A stretch of 64,000 nt of DNA. Source: an uncultured Thermococci archaeon. Lineage in GTDB: Archaea; Methanobacteriota_B; Thermococci; Methanofastidiosales; B48-G16. The translations under genes were made by a program, and so were the position numbers. Where the stretch lies: the NCBI GenBank assembly GCA_964595645.1, contig CAZQQT010000002.1, forward strand, positions 1 to 64,000, in the 5' to 3' direction. Of this stretch, positions 38,833-47,897 are shown piece after piece. The notes beneath the pieces were generated by a model that saw nothing but the letters and a program-made list of their open reading frames with translations, did no database searches and was not told where the DNA came from. Position 1 is the first letter of the stretch, and each line of letters opens with the position of its first letter.

Positions 38833-39171
38833 TTATCTGATCATCGTCAAGAATATCTTGCATCGGGTTACTGCTTCTACTGCATGGGGAACATCAGCAG
38901 GCATGACGATAGTTTCGGCTTCTTGCAACTCGTATTTTTCACCATCAATTATCACATTTACAATTCCATCGAGGACCTGAAGAATTGCGTTGTGAGGTGT
39001 GGTGTGTTCACTCAGAGTTTGAGTTTCGTCGAATGCGAACACGGTCAGCGTAACCGTATCTTTGTCTACCAGTGTTCTGCTGACGATGGCTCCTTTCTGG
39101 TAGTCTATCAGTTCTTTCAGTTTGAAGACAGAGGTTTGAATTTCATCAAGATGATCTTTATCTTTCTTCAT
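38833..39171 (-). CDS. Cupin domain protein
   Basis: IVSRTL...FAFD...LSEHT...MPADVPHAV. Confidence 0.88.
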   Translation of the reverse strand: MKKDKDHLDEIQTSVFKLKELIDYQKGAIVSRTLVDKDTVTLTVFAFDETQTLSEHTTPHNAILQVLDGIVNVIIDGEKYELQEAETIVMPADVPHAVEAVTRCKIFLTMIR

Positions 39172-39343
39172 CGTACACCACTCTTATGTGGTAGATAAAA
39201 TGTTTTTCCGCCCTTTGTCAGTATACTCATTGAGTGGACAACTACAACTAGGCTTCCGCAGATGGGATTTCCTCTCTTGGTTTCCCTCACCTCATGTCTG
39301 TTTCTGGTCATGATACGCATAGATCGAAGGGAAGCTTTATAAA

Positions 39344-39365
39344 AGTAAGTGAACGTTAACTAACT
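39344..39365. promoter_or_regulatory. Putative TetR operator between TATA box and start codon
   Basis: Imperfect palindrome AGTAAGTGAACGTTAACTAACT directly after TTTATAAA and directly before ATG 39366. Confidence 0.65.
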
Positions 39366-39965
39366 ATGGATAGGAATTGTTCGAGGTTAAACGAGAGGCA
39401 AAAAGGAATCCTCAACGCGTCCTTACAAATACTACAGAATGAAGCGTATACGAACTTGACGATCAGAAACATCAGTGAGAAAATCGGTCTATCTGAAGCA
39501 GCAATCTACAAACATTTTGATAGTAAGGAAGAACTCGTTCGTACTCTCGTGGAATGGATTGTAAAAGAGAATGAGGCATCTCTTAACTTCAGTGAAGAAG
39601 CCAATGAATTCGACATACTGGAAGCGGTCATGAAGAATACATTTACCATACTGGAAGTCCATCCTTCTTTTACCGCGGTCTTGTTCCACGATGAACTCTT
39701 TAGAGAGTACAGCTCAGTAAAAGATCTGTTCGATACTCATCGGAAGAAAAAAGAACAGTTTTTGACAACAATTGTAGAACGAGGAATTAAAAAAGGAATT
39801 TTTTCCAAAGATATAAATCCGCAAGTTTTTGTGTCGCTGTATATGGGCGCGGTACGTATCACAGTGTTAAACTGGAGATACAAGAATTTTTCCTTTTCTT
39901 TGACAGATCAAGCCGATCCTCTACTACAGGAGTTATTCAAACTTTTAAAGAGAGGTGATAAATAA
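39366..39965 (+). CDS. TetR/AcrR family regulator
   Basis: LTIRNISEKIGLSEAAIYKHFDSKEEL. Confidence 0.93.
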   Translation: MDRNCSRLNERQKGILNASLQILQNEAYTNLTIRNISEKIGLSEAAIYKHFDSKEELVRTLVEWIVKENEASLNFSEEANEFDILEAVMKNTFTILEVHPSFTAVLFHDELFREYSSVKDLFDTHRKKKEQFLTTIVERGIKKGIFSKDINPQVFVSLYMGAVRITVLNWRYKNFSFSLTDQADPLLQELFKLLKRGDK

Positions 39966-40591
39966 TGAAATCAAAAAAATATCTTCGAATGGGCAGTCAA
40001 CTATTTTTCTTCTCTCTATTTGCTACATTGATATATCTCAATAGACTGCAGTTATGGATACTGGTTTTCATTATTGGGGTGGTGGTATCCATCGGTTTCA
40101 GCAGATTTTATTGTGGCTGGGCATGTCCAATAACCACCCTGTCACGACCATTCATATGGTTAACGGACAAGTTTTCTATCGAGAGAGTGAATGTTCCAAA
40201 AAAATTACAATCAATGAAAATTCGACTAACAATCCTTATTCTGTTTTTGGGACTGATGATTGTTTTGAGAAGGTTAACCATAGACTTTCCAGTACTTCTT
40301 CTCATTGCTCTGATCGGTGTAGCCTTTATGTCGGTGTTCGATGAAGAGCTCTTTCATAAGTATCTCTGTCCTTACGGAGCTATACTGAGTTTTGTCTCTA
40401 AACGTGCGGTATACAGGCTTGTGATAGATCCTGAAGAATGTGTAGCGTGTGGAAAATGTCAAAGCGTATGTCCAAACAACACGATAGACACATTAAACTC
40501 TGGAAAAAGAAGCATTGTAAAGAAAGAGTGTCTTCATTGCTTTAAATGTCAAGACGTTTGTCCCGTCCAATGCATAGATTATAAAAAGTAA
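39965..40591 (+). CDS. Membrane-bound 4Fe-4S protein (NapH/MauN-like, short)
   Basis: RFYCGWACP, KYLCPYG, two CxxCxxCxxxCP motifs, 4 TM helices. Confidence 0.85.
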   Translation: MKSKKYLRMGSQLFFFSLFATLIYLNRLQLWILVFIIGVVVSIGFSRFYCGWACPITTLSRPFIWLTDKFSIERVNVPKKLQSMKIRLTILILFLGLMIVLRRLTIDFPVLLLIALIGVAFMSVFDEELFHKYLCPYGAILSFVSKRAVYRLVIDPEECVACGKCQSVCPNNTIDTLNSGKRSIVKKECLHCFKCQDVCPVQCIDYKK

Positions 40592-40608
40592 AAAAGTTGT
40601 TGTACAAC

Positions 40609-41241
40609 ATGCCAAAAACAGCGGTGTTCGACAGGAATGTCAGGAGGTACGATTCGTGGTTTGAGCAGCACCGTGCGGTGTATGAATCGGAGGTACTCGC
40701 CGTCAGACGGATGCTACCGGGAGGAGTCGGCGTGGAAGTGGGCGTGGGCACAGGACGATTTGCGTCGCCGCTGAATATTCAGTATGGGATCGAGCCCTCA
40801 CTGGAAATGGGAAAGGTTGCCATGAGAAGGGGAGTCGCTGTGGTACGAGGCGTGGCCGAAAGACTCCCGCTCAAACACACACTGTTTGATTTTGTCGCAA
40901 TGATTGTCACTGTATGTTTTCTCGATGATATCCACGCATCGTTCCTGGAAGCGTACAGGGTCTTGAAGCCTTCAGGACATCTAATACTGGGAATCATTGA
41001 TAAAGAAAGTTTTCTCGGAAGAATATATCAGAAAAGCAGCAGTCCCTTTTACGAAGAAGCCACTTTTTACTCTCCCGATGAATTGATCACTCTTCTGAGA
41101 GACAGCGGCTTTACTCATTTTACCTATGTTCAGACGCTTTTTCACAAATTAGATGAGATTACCACCCCTGAGCAAGTGAAAGAAGGACACGGTGAGGGAT
41201 CTTTCGTGGTAATTGATGCTGTAAAAGAAGAGAAGACATGA
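40609..41241 (+). CDS. Class I SAM-dependent methyltransferase
   Basis: YDSWF, EVGVGTGRF, AERLP, EAYRVLKPSG. Confidence 0.9.
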   Translation: MPKTAVFDRNVRRYDSWFEQHRAVYESEVLAVRRMLPGGVGVEVGVGTGRFASPLNIQYGIEPSLEMGKVAMRRGVAVVRGVAERLPLKHTLFDFVAMIVTVCFLDDIHASFLEAYRVLKPSGHLILGIIDKESFLGRIYQKSSSPFYEEATFYSPDELITLLRDSGFTHFTYVQTLFHKLDEITTPEQVKEGHGEGSFVVIDAVKEEKT

Positions 41242-41448
41242 GAGCGTTTGGTCCGCTCCATCACGTGTTTGGACAGAGCGTTGAAACTAATAACATTCCA
41301 TCAAAAAGAGTGTATCCTTCTCTGTCTACTGCATGGATCAATCAAACTTGTTTCAAACATTCTAGAACCACTTGCTGCCCCTTCTCCTCCGTTTTATCCG
41401 CTCCTTTTATAGCAATTGTCTGGGGCATATCCAAATCTCAATCTTTTT

Positions 41449-41985
41449 TCATGCGATACCCTCCCCACCTGTCTTCTCCATGATCAATTCTATGAGAAGG
41501 CCCATTACACCAACAAAAATGATGGTGAGAGATAACCTCGTCAGCATGAACGTTGGTCCTAGGAACTGGAGCTCCACCATCTCCTGCGGTATCTTGATGC
41601 AGGCCCACGCTGAAAGAAATACAACGATATTCGATATTCTGGCGCCTTTTTTTATTAAGGTTGATGCCATAGGGAAAGCGACATAGAGAGGGCCTGTAGG
41701 TAACGTACCGAATAGGAGTGCCAGGAAAAAACCTTTGACACCTGAGGCTTTCCCAAGGTGTTTTACCACTGTTTTTGAGGGGATGAAAACTGCGAAGAGG
41801 CCCATCAAGATCATTACTGCGGGGAGGATGTATATCATCTCATTTAGATAATCAAAGGATGCGGACATCACCGGTTCACGCTTTCCCGGATAAAAATAGA
41901 GCAGGACAGACGCCACCCCTAACACCACAAATAGTAATAACAAGTCTCTTATCATCTTCTTTTTCTGTTCTTCCTTTTTCTTCAC
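41449..41985 (-). CDS. Half-size ArsP/DUF318-like permease
   Basis: HLGKASG, GTLPTGPLYVAFP, KKGA, KIPQEMVE. Confidence 0.7.
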   Translation of the reverse strand: MKKKEEQKKKMIRDLLLLFVVLGVASVLLYFYPGKREPVMSASFDYLNEMIYILPAVMILMGLFAVFIPSKTVVKHLGKASGVKGFFLALLFGTLPTGPLYVAFPMASTLIKKGARISNIVVFLSAWACIKIPQEMVELQFLGPTFMLTRLSLTIIFVGVMGLLIELIMEKTGGEGIA

Positions 41986-42464
41986 AGCAGCACCCCCATT
42001 ATGAGAGCTATAATCACTGCGATAACGAAACTTAGACCGTTCCTTAGAAGAGCGAATTTCTTACCGAGTTTCTTTATCTCTAGTGGTAAGGTGACCATAC
42101 CTATCATTGTCAAAGTGGTGATGAAGGCAGCCACTGCCGTGATCGTTGCACCGCTGTCTAATATCGAAGCCGCCAAAGGGAAGGAGATGAGTGCTGGGAT
42201 ATGCAGGATAGAGCCCACCACCGCCACCAAAAGAACCCCGAATATTCCTGATTGTTCTCCAATGAATCTAGAGATCTCTGCAGGAGGCACGAACCCAAGC
42301 ATCAATCCAATGATCACGATTATAATGAGGACTGTAGGCAATATCCTAACGAAGGAGACCGCGGCTTTCTTCAACGACTGGATAGCTTTCTTTTTGCTTT
42401 TGCAAAAAGCGTATATCAAGCACACCAGTGCGAAGAGATTGATAAAAATAGCTGTTATGCTCAT
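41982..42464 (-). CDS. Half-size ArsP/DUF318-like permease
   Basis: IGEQSG, ISFPLAASIL..GA, TLPLE...LGKKFALLRN. Confidence 0.7.
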   Translation of the reverse strand: MSITAIFINLFALVCLIYAFCKSKKKAIQSLKKAAVSFVRILPTVLIIIVIIGLMLGFVPPAEISRFIGEQSGIFGVLLVAVVGSILHIPALISFPLAASILDSGATITAVAAFITTLTMIGMVTLPLEIKKLGKKFALLRNGLSFVIAVIIALIMGVLL

Positions 42465-42468
42465 CCAT

Positions 42469-42759
42469 TCACCCTGAGATCTGTATCCCTAACATTTTTA
42501 CGCCTTTTTTTGTCTTCATGGATAAGGTCGCCGGCGCTGTCACTAGGCACTGACCGTCCTTCAAATTTACTTCTTCATCGTTCACCGTTACGTCTACCTC
42601 TCCGTTGATGACGTTGAATATCACGTAAGAGGACATCTTGCAGGGCGGGATCTTCCCTTCTTCAGGGAGTTGAATATGTCTTATTTTGAACTCATCTCGT
42701 TCAAAGATCTGTTTTTTTCCTTCCATCTTTTTCAAATTGAATACTTCCATATTTCTCAT
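42469..42759 (-). CDS. Cupin-fold protein
   Basis: LPEEGKIPPC...VINGEVDVTVN...LKDGQCLV. Confidence 0.65.
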   Translation of the reverse strand: MRNMEVFNLKKMEGKKQIFERDEFKIRHIQLPEEGKIPPCKMSSYVIFNVINGEVDVTVNDEEVNLKDGQCLVTAPATLSMKTKKGVKMLGIQISG

Positions 42760-42764
42760 CTCCT

Positions 42765-43151
42765 TTATTCATTGTCTCCAAATTCTTCTTCATAAAAACT
42801 GGTCATCTTCTCCATCATCCTTTTTCGCTCTTTAATTATCTCCAACCAATTTTTTAGGTGTTCTCTTCCCTTTACAGTTATATCGTAAACCCTTTTATTT
42901 GGACCAGACTCACTTTCCCTCCACTCCGATTTTAAAAGCCCTTCTTTTTCCATTCTTCTGAGGGTGGTGTACATAGTTCCGGATTTAATTACGTGTCTTC
43001 CTTCACTCAACTCTTCGATTTTCTTCGTTATCCCATATCCGTGGATCGGTTCCTCACAGACAACACGCAGTATCAAGAACTGTATCCATCGGCGCTCTGG
43101 ATAACCTGAGTGGCTATGGCAGCCGGGCTCTGGTTTTCTGCACATCACCAT
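42765..43151 (-). CDS. PadR family regulator with Cys/His N-terminal arm
   Basis: HGYGI, GTMYTTLRRMEKEGL, KRVYDITVKG; start reassigned to 43151 (or 43145). Confidence 0.88.
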   Translation of the reverse strand: MVMCRKPEPGCHSHSGYPERRWIQFLILRVVCEEPIHGYGITKKIEELSEGRHVIKSGTMYTTLRRMEKEGLLKSEWRESESGPNKRVYDITVKGREHLKNWLEIIKERKRMMEKMTSFYEEEFGDNE

Positions 43152-43271
43152 ACTATGTAACATTGTTATATAAAAGGTTTTGGGAGGCAGAACTATCGAT
43201 GAAATAAAAAAAGTAAAAACATGCATAGTACGGGTAAACGATTTTTCATCTCAATTCTTCGATGTGTTCTT

Positions 43272-43592
43272 TTACTGCCACCTTTCAGGGCCTTTTTCTA
43301 ATTCTCTTTCTACTATCTCTTCTATCTTTTCCTTTGGAGGGACTTCGTCTGAAGTAACTTTCTTTCCGTTCACATAGGCGGACGGGACCTTACGTCTTTT
43401 ACCATCAGGGTCCTTCTGATATCCATCAGTCGGTACGTTACTCATCTTGGAGCCTGCATAATAAATATCAAGTCGGATCCTATCGGGAAACGATCCTACA
43501 AACTCTTCCATCATACTTATCAATTTCTTACATTTTGATGTGGGAGGTGAAGCAACCAACAGCTCTATCCTCATCATCTTGTCTTCACTCAT
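43272..43592 (-). CDS. Thioredoxin-fold-like protein with a single Cys (TSKC)
   Basis: IELLVASPPTSKCKKL and KVPSAYVNGK (cis-Pro-like); overlaps the ligase stop. Confidence 0.55.
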   Translation of the reverse strand: MSEDKMMRIELLVASPPTSKCKKLISMMEEFVGSFPDRIRLDIYYAGSKMSNVPTDGYQKDPDGKRRKVPSAYVNGKKVTSDEVPPKEKIEEIVERELEKGPERWQ

Positions 43593-44625
43593 ATCTTTCC
43601 ACCGCCTTATCTATCAGGTTTTTCAGATCTTCTTTTAGATGGTCTTCTAAGGAGCAATTCTCGATTATTTTGACACAACTAGAATATGTTGTATTAGAAA
43701 GAGCCCTCCTGACGCGATCAAGCTCTTTTTGATCCGCAACCAGAAAATCCCCTCTGATAGAAACATTTTTAAAGACATCTCCTTCTGTATCTGCTGAGAG
43801 GACTATAACTCCGCTTTTTCCTTTGGTGGATACGGTCATCGACCTGGATTCGTGTTCTTGGTAAGTCCATTTATCCAACGAATATTTATCTTCATACAGT
43901 TGTTCTGCTTCTTTCCTCTCATCGGCTGATAATACTCCTTCCTGGAACTCGATATTTAGACCACTTGATATATTGCTTTTCAAGTGTTCCATCACATCAT
44001 CAACTTTAACTGTATCATCGACCAACTCCGATAGATTCACGACTCTGTGCATTATATCGTTCTCTTCTTTGTCCTCAAATTTCAATTTTTTGGGGTTAAG
44101 AGTGTCATTAAGAGCATCTTTATCCACATCTATAAGGAACGTTCCGCTGTGTACCATACCAGAATACCATTCTATCTGGGCAGAACCGTATATCTTTTTA
44201 CCATTTACAGTAACATCGTTTGCTCCGCTGATCTCAGCCTTCACATCGTATTCTTTGAGTGTTTTTATGACCACCTCTCCCAATAATTCATACATCTCTG
44301 AAGGATTTTCTATATTCAATTTTGAAAAGAGAGGTTTCTTTCTGAAAAATAAGGAGTAACAAAATGTACCTTCATCCTGATAAACTGCACCACCGGGATT
44401 CGGTCTACGGATCACGGGGATGTCATTCTTATCACAGAACTCTAGGTCTACTTCCTCATCAGCATCCTGGTATATACCTATGAATACTGAGGGGTCTACC
44501 CTCCTCAATCTCAGGGTGTTTGGACTCCTACCCTCATCTACCCTCCTTAAAAGTGTTTCTTCCACTGCAAAATGCATCTTGGGTTCTTTGATATCCTCCT
44601 TCAGTGATCTCCAGATATCAGTCAT
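43585..44625 (-). CDS. Lipoate-protein ligase A family protein (catalytic + C-terminal domain), motif-divergent
   Basis: AVEE.LL, PSVFIG..Q, RRPNPGGAVYQD, NDV..NGKKIYGSAQ, HSGTFL, C-terminal I.GDF. Confidence 0.85.
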   Translation of the reverse strand: MTDIWRSLKEDIKEPKMHFAVEETLLRRVDEGRSPNTLRLRRVDPSVFIGIYQDADEEVDLEFCDKNDIPVIRRPNPGGAVYQDEGTFCYSLFFRKKPLFSKLNIENPSEMYELLGEVVIKTLKEYDVKAEISGANDVTVNGKKIYGSAQIEWYSGMVHSGTFLIDVDKDALNDTLNPKKLKFEDKEENDIMHRVVNLSELVDDTVKVDDVMEHLKSNISSGLNIEFQEGVLSADERKEAEQLYEDKYSLDKWTYQEHESRSMTVSTKGKSGVIVLSADTEGDVFKNVSIRGDFLVADQKELDRVRRALSNTTYSSCVKIIENCSLEDHLKEDLKNLIDKAVERYE

Positions 44626-45301
44626 AAAAGGGGCACCTTTCTCCCTTACAATCCTCTACATCTTCGGAAAAAGGACATCTGTTATCGGTCAACTTTGGTA
44701 ATTTGTATCTCTCTTTTAATATGGAATATCCTTCCTCTATCGAGGCATATACGCTCTGTTTGCAGCACCGTGGACCCCCCATCTCAGCGATAGCTTTTAA
44801 AGAATTTGAAGTTGCTCTCAATGCGGCACTTCTTTCTTCATCGGATCGGAAAGTCGCATCGGTGATCAACGATACGGCAGTACCGGCTGATTCGCAGGCT
44901 CCACAAGCACCACGGCTCCCACATGCACCGTACGGTATATCTTTCACTCGGTTCATAGCAGTCTTTATCTTTTTTAAAGAGATATCAACACCCGAGTTCT
45001 TACATACAGTCAGAATAACCGGAGCAACCAAAAGATGGTGCTCTATACCGTGAGGATTGAAGGAAGAATGCTTCATTATCAGATCTGCCAGTTCAAAGGG
45101 ATCAGTTCCATCATGGTTATCGCATGTTCTTTCTATGATCTCCTGTGGATCAGATAATCTGCAGGATTCACACTGAAAGTGTCCTTCTGGACAGATGAAG
45201 TTAGTTTCTTCTTTTTTTCCACAGTACATACACTCAGCAGCAGTGGCATGCTTTTCCAATATAGTCCCACAGATAGGGCAGGGGAATTCTCTTTCGGTCA
45301 T
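44618..45301 (-). CDS. DUF5714-like cysteine-rich protein
   Basis: CPICG, CMYCG, CPEGHFQCESC, HGIEHH, GACGSRGACGA, GGPRCCK, C-terminal CPF. Confidence 0.75.
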   Translation of the reverse strand: MTEREFPCPICGTILEKHATAAECMYCGKKEETNFICPEGHFQCESCRLSDPQEIIERTCDNHDGTDPFELADLIMKHSSFNPHGIEHHLLVAPVILTVCKNSGVDISLKKIKTAMNRVKDIPYGACGSRGACGACESAGTAVSLITDATFRSDEERSAALRATSNSLKAIAEMGGPRCCKQSVYASIEEGYSILKERYKLPKLTDNRCPFSEDVEDCKGERCPFYD

Positions 45302-45403
45302 CTCGTTATTCTCCGATATATCTTTTCGTTCCTTTTAATATCTGCTCTATCAACTATCCTACTTGAAGATGGAAGGCTTAATAGCAAAATAACTCTTCTA
45401 ATC

Positions 45404-45640
45404 CTACTCTTTCAACAGTTTTTTGATCTGTTCCGGATTCAGGACCTTTCCTGTAGCCTTCACTTCTCCATCCACTGCCAATCCAGGAGTACTCATGACT
45501 CCTCTTGAACTGATCTCCTGTAGATCCTGTACCTCTTCTACTTCTGCATCTATGCCCAATTCCTTAACAGCTTTCTTTGCGTTCTTTTCCAATCTCTGGC
45601 ATTTTGCACATCCGGTTCCCAATATCTCTATCTTTTTCAT
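45404..45640 (-). CDS. Small redox-active disulfide protein (MTH895-type thioredoxin family)
   Basis: KIEILGTGCAKC, GVMSTPGLAVDG. Confidence 0.9.
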   Translation of the reverse strand: MKKIEILGTGCAKCQRLEKNAKKAVKELGIDAEVEEVQDLQEISSRGVMSTPGLAVDGEVKATGKVLNPEQIKKLLKE

Positions 45641-45663
45641 ATATACTCACCTCTAAATTTCGT

Positions 45664-46035
45664 TTATTCTTTTTGAAGCCTATCCACTAAATCTTCAACA
45701 TCATCTATAATCTTATCTAATTTTTCTTCACTTTTAAAATCCTTATTCTTTTTTATATCGTATCTTTCAGATATAACGATTTCTTCATTCACAGGTATAT
45801 CAGCACTCTCAAGAGCTTTTGTTGCACACCTAACTTTACAGCCGTTCAGTCCGATATATCCATCGCTGCTTTTACCGTTCTCTATGATTCCTTCTATACC
45901 CAAAGGTAATCCGAGGGCACAAACGAAATCTGTGTTCTCCTTTTCCTCCAATGTGTTCACTACCGCTTTCGTCGAAAGCATTCCTACGTTACATGCCCCT
46001 GAGCAGGGCAATATTCCTATCTTTTTCATTTTCAT
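45664..46035 (-). CDS. DGC-domain putative zinc-binding protein
   Basis: PCSGACNVG and LNGCKVRCA (NGC variant). Confidence 0.8.
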   Translation of the reverse strand: MKMKKIGILPCSGACNVGMLSTKAVVNTLEEKENTDFVCALGLPLGIEGIIENGKSSDGYIGLNGCKVRCATKALESADIPVNEEIVISERYDIKKNKDFKSEEKLDKIIDDVEDLVDRLQKE

Positions 46036-46054
46036 CCTTCTCCTATATTAATCT

Positions 46055-46801
46055 TTAATTTTCCATCCTTTCGCTTAACTCTTGAAACGCAACTTTACTC
46101 TTAGCTCGGGGAATAGCCTGTTGATCCAGCAATTCCAAATTATGGATTATTTTATTGAAACTCTTTTGAGGGATTCCTATCAATGCTTCTCCAGAGTTTA
46201 CATCTGTCGCTTCTCTACATCCAAAACAGCCTAAACTCGTGTTTATTTTTTTCGTTAAAAAAGGAACAACTGTAGAATCAACACATGTGGCTTGAAAGAT
46301 AGAAGAATTAAATTCAAGTCTACCACCTTCGTCATAATATGAAGCTAAAGCTAGCCACATAATATCTTCAACTTTAGATTCGATAACAATTACATCTACG
46401 GGATAATTCACATCATTCAAAGGTCCTAAAGCCACGCCTTGATATTTACCCAACTCTAACCTCGGGATCGCATCCATTGTATTACTAGCTGCATCTTTAT
46501 CTTTAAATAAACCCATCTTATCCAACACTTCGCCTGTTCGAAGTTTATCTGCTAAAGGCTTAAAACCAAAAGCAGCAGTTGATGCAGGACATGTGATATT
46601 TTCTTTAGTCAAAACTACTTTCTCTCCCTCTCCTGCTCTCATTAATGCTTGACAATACCTACCCCTAAAATCTCTGTCGTATCCCTCCTTAACTATTTTA
46701 GCTATTCTATCCTTTGACTCAAAGAACTTGATACCTACAGGTTTTCTTTCCAATTCAAGTATTTCCATCAAAGTATCTACCATATTTTTTAATTTTTTCA
46801 T
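46055..46801 (-). CDS. DUF169 family protein
   Basis: KPVGIKF, RYCQAL, CPAS..AFG, QATC, SLGCFGCR. Confidence 0.85.
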   Translation of the reverse strand: MKKLKNMVDTLMEILELERKPVGIKFFESKDRIAKIVKEGYDRDFRGRYCQALMRAGEGEKVVLTKENITCPASTAAFGFKPLADKLRTGEVLDKMGLFKDKDAASNTMDAIPRLELGKYQGVALGPLNDVNYPVDVIVIESKVEDIMWLALASYYDEGGRLEFNSSIFQATCVDSTVVPFLTKKINTSLGCFGCREATDVNSGEALIGIPQKSFNKIIHNLELLDQQAIPRAKSKVAFQELSERMEN

Positions 46802-46817
46802 ATTGGTTGCCTCCCTA

Positions 46818-47897
46818 TCAAACTATCATTCCATATGTGAACCCCATCAAAGTTGAAAGTATCACAACGATCGCGATATAAGCGACCCACTGCTTGAATT
46901 TCATGATCCTGAACAGGACTATCATGTTGGGTAAGCTAAGCGATGGACCGGCGAGTAACAAACTCAAGGCTGGGGCGTCTCCCATGATACCCGCCGTATA
47001 ACCAAAAGTCGTTCCGATAATCGGGACCTCTAAAAGAGTGGGCATGTAGAGTATCGCTCCGATTATTGAACCTAGGAAGGATGCCAGTAGGCTATCGTTC
47101 CCAAGATATGGCCTAAAGGTCTCCGGAGGTAAAAAGTATGCTATCACTCCTACTATAAAGGTACCCACGATTAATATAGGAAATATCTTTTTCGTTAGAT
47201 CCCATGTTTCATATCCCCATTCCGTCACTTCACTTTTTTTGTAGTAATAGATGAGGACGGTAGCAAGGAAAACGGTTGCTATATATACGATTGCCAATTT
47301 TGGTACCCACGGAATACCAGCTGCTCCTACGACCAAGATTACTATCAACGATCCAAAGAACCCTAATTTCACCCATATAGACCTCTCAGGACTGTCATCG
47401 GGCATCGTATTGTCCATGTTATTCTTACTCGTCTCTTCATCATGTGTCTTGAATATAGTTGATATCACGAACGCTATCACGAATGCCATGGCAACGGCGG
47501 CGATCGCCCTAGCGAGCCCCAGTTCATAACCCAAAACGTTGGCAGTATACACGATGGCTAAAATATTGATAGCTGGCCCAGAATACAAGAAAGCGGTAGC
47601 CGGACCTACTCCACTCCCCTTTTTATACAATCCCGCGAACATGGGAAGTATCGTACAGCTGCACACCGCCAATATTGCACCGGAGACAGAAGCTATAGGA
47701 TAGGATATGGTTTTTTTAACATCCGGTCCGAGATACTCCAATATGGCATCTTTCTTGATGAAAGATGCGATAGCTCCAGCTATGAAGAATGCGGGCACCA
47801 AACATGTAAGAACATGTTCTGATAGGTAGCTATAGACGTTGAGCAGACCGCTCATCAGGACCTCGTAGAGTATTTCTATCATATCTTTCAACACCAT
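46818..47897 (-). CDS. ArsP/DUF318 family permease
   Basis: HVLTCLVPAFFIAGAI, LAVCSCTILPMF, FLYSGPAIN, MPTLLEVP, GPSLSLP. Confidence 0.88.
   Translation of the reverse strand: MVLKDMIEILYEVLMSGLLNVYSYLSEHVLTCLVPAFFIAGAIASFIKKDAILEYLGPDVKKTISYPIASVSGAILAVCSCTILPMFAGLYKKGSGVGPATAFLYSGPAINILAIVYTANVLGYELGLARAIAAVAMAFVIAFVISTIFKTHDEETSKNNMDNTMPDDSPERSIWVKLGFFGSLIVILVVGAAGIPWVPKLAIVYIATVFLATVLIYYYKKSEVTEWGYETWDLTKKIFPILIVGTFIVGVIAYFLPPETFRPYLGNDSLLASFLGSIIGAILYMPTLLEVPIIGTTFGYTAGIMGDAPALSLLLAGPSLSLPNMIVLFRIMKFKQWVAYIAIVVILSTLMGFTYGMIV

Noticed and set aside
45302-45403. Possible permease remnant (LSLPS...) in the gap between thioredoxin and DUF5714
   Set aside because: Only five matching residues and no start codon; indistinguishable from chance
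41449-47897. Selenocysteine read-through in the thiol-rich operon
   Set aside because: No in-frame TGA at a Cys-equivalent position; the TGA stops mostly overlap downstream starts, and no SECIS was recognised
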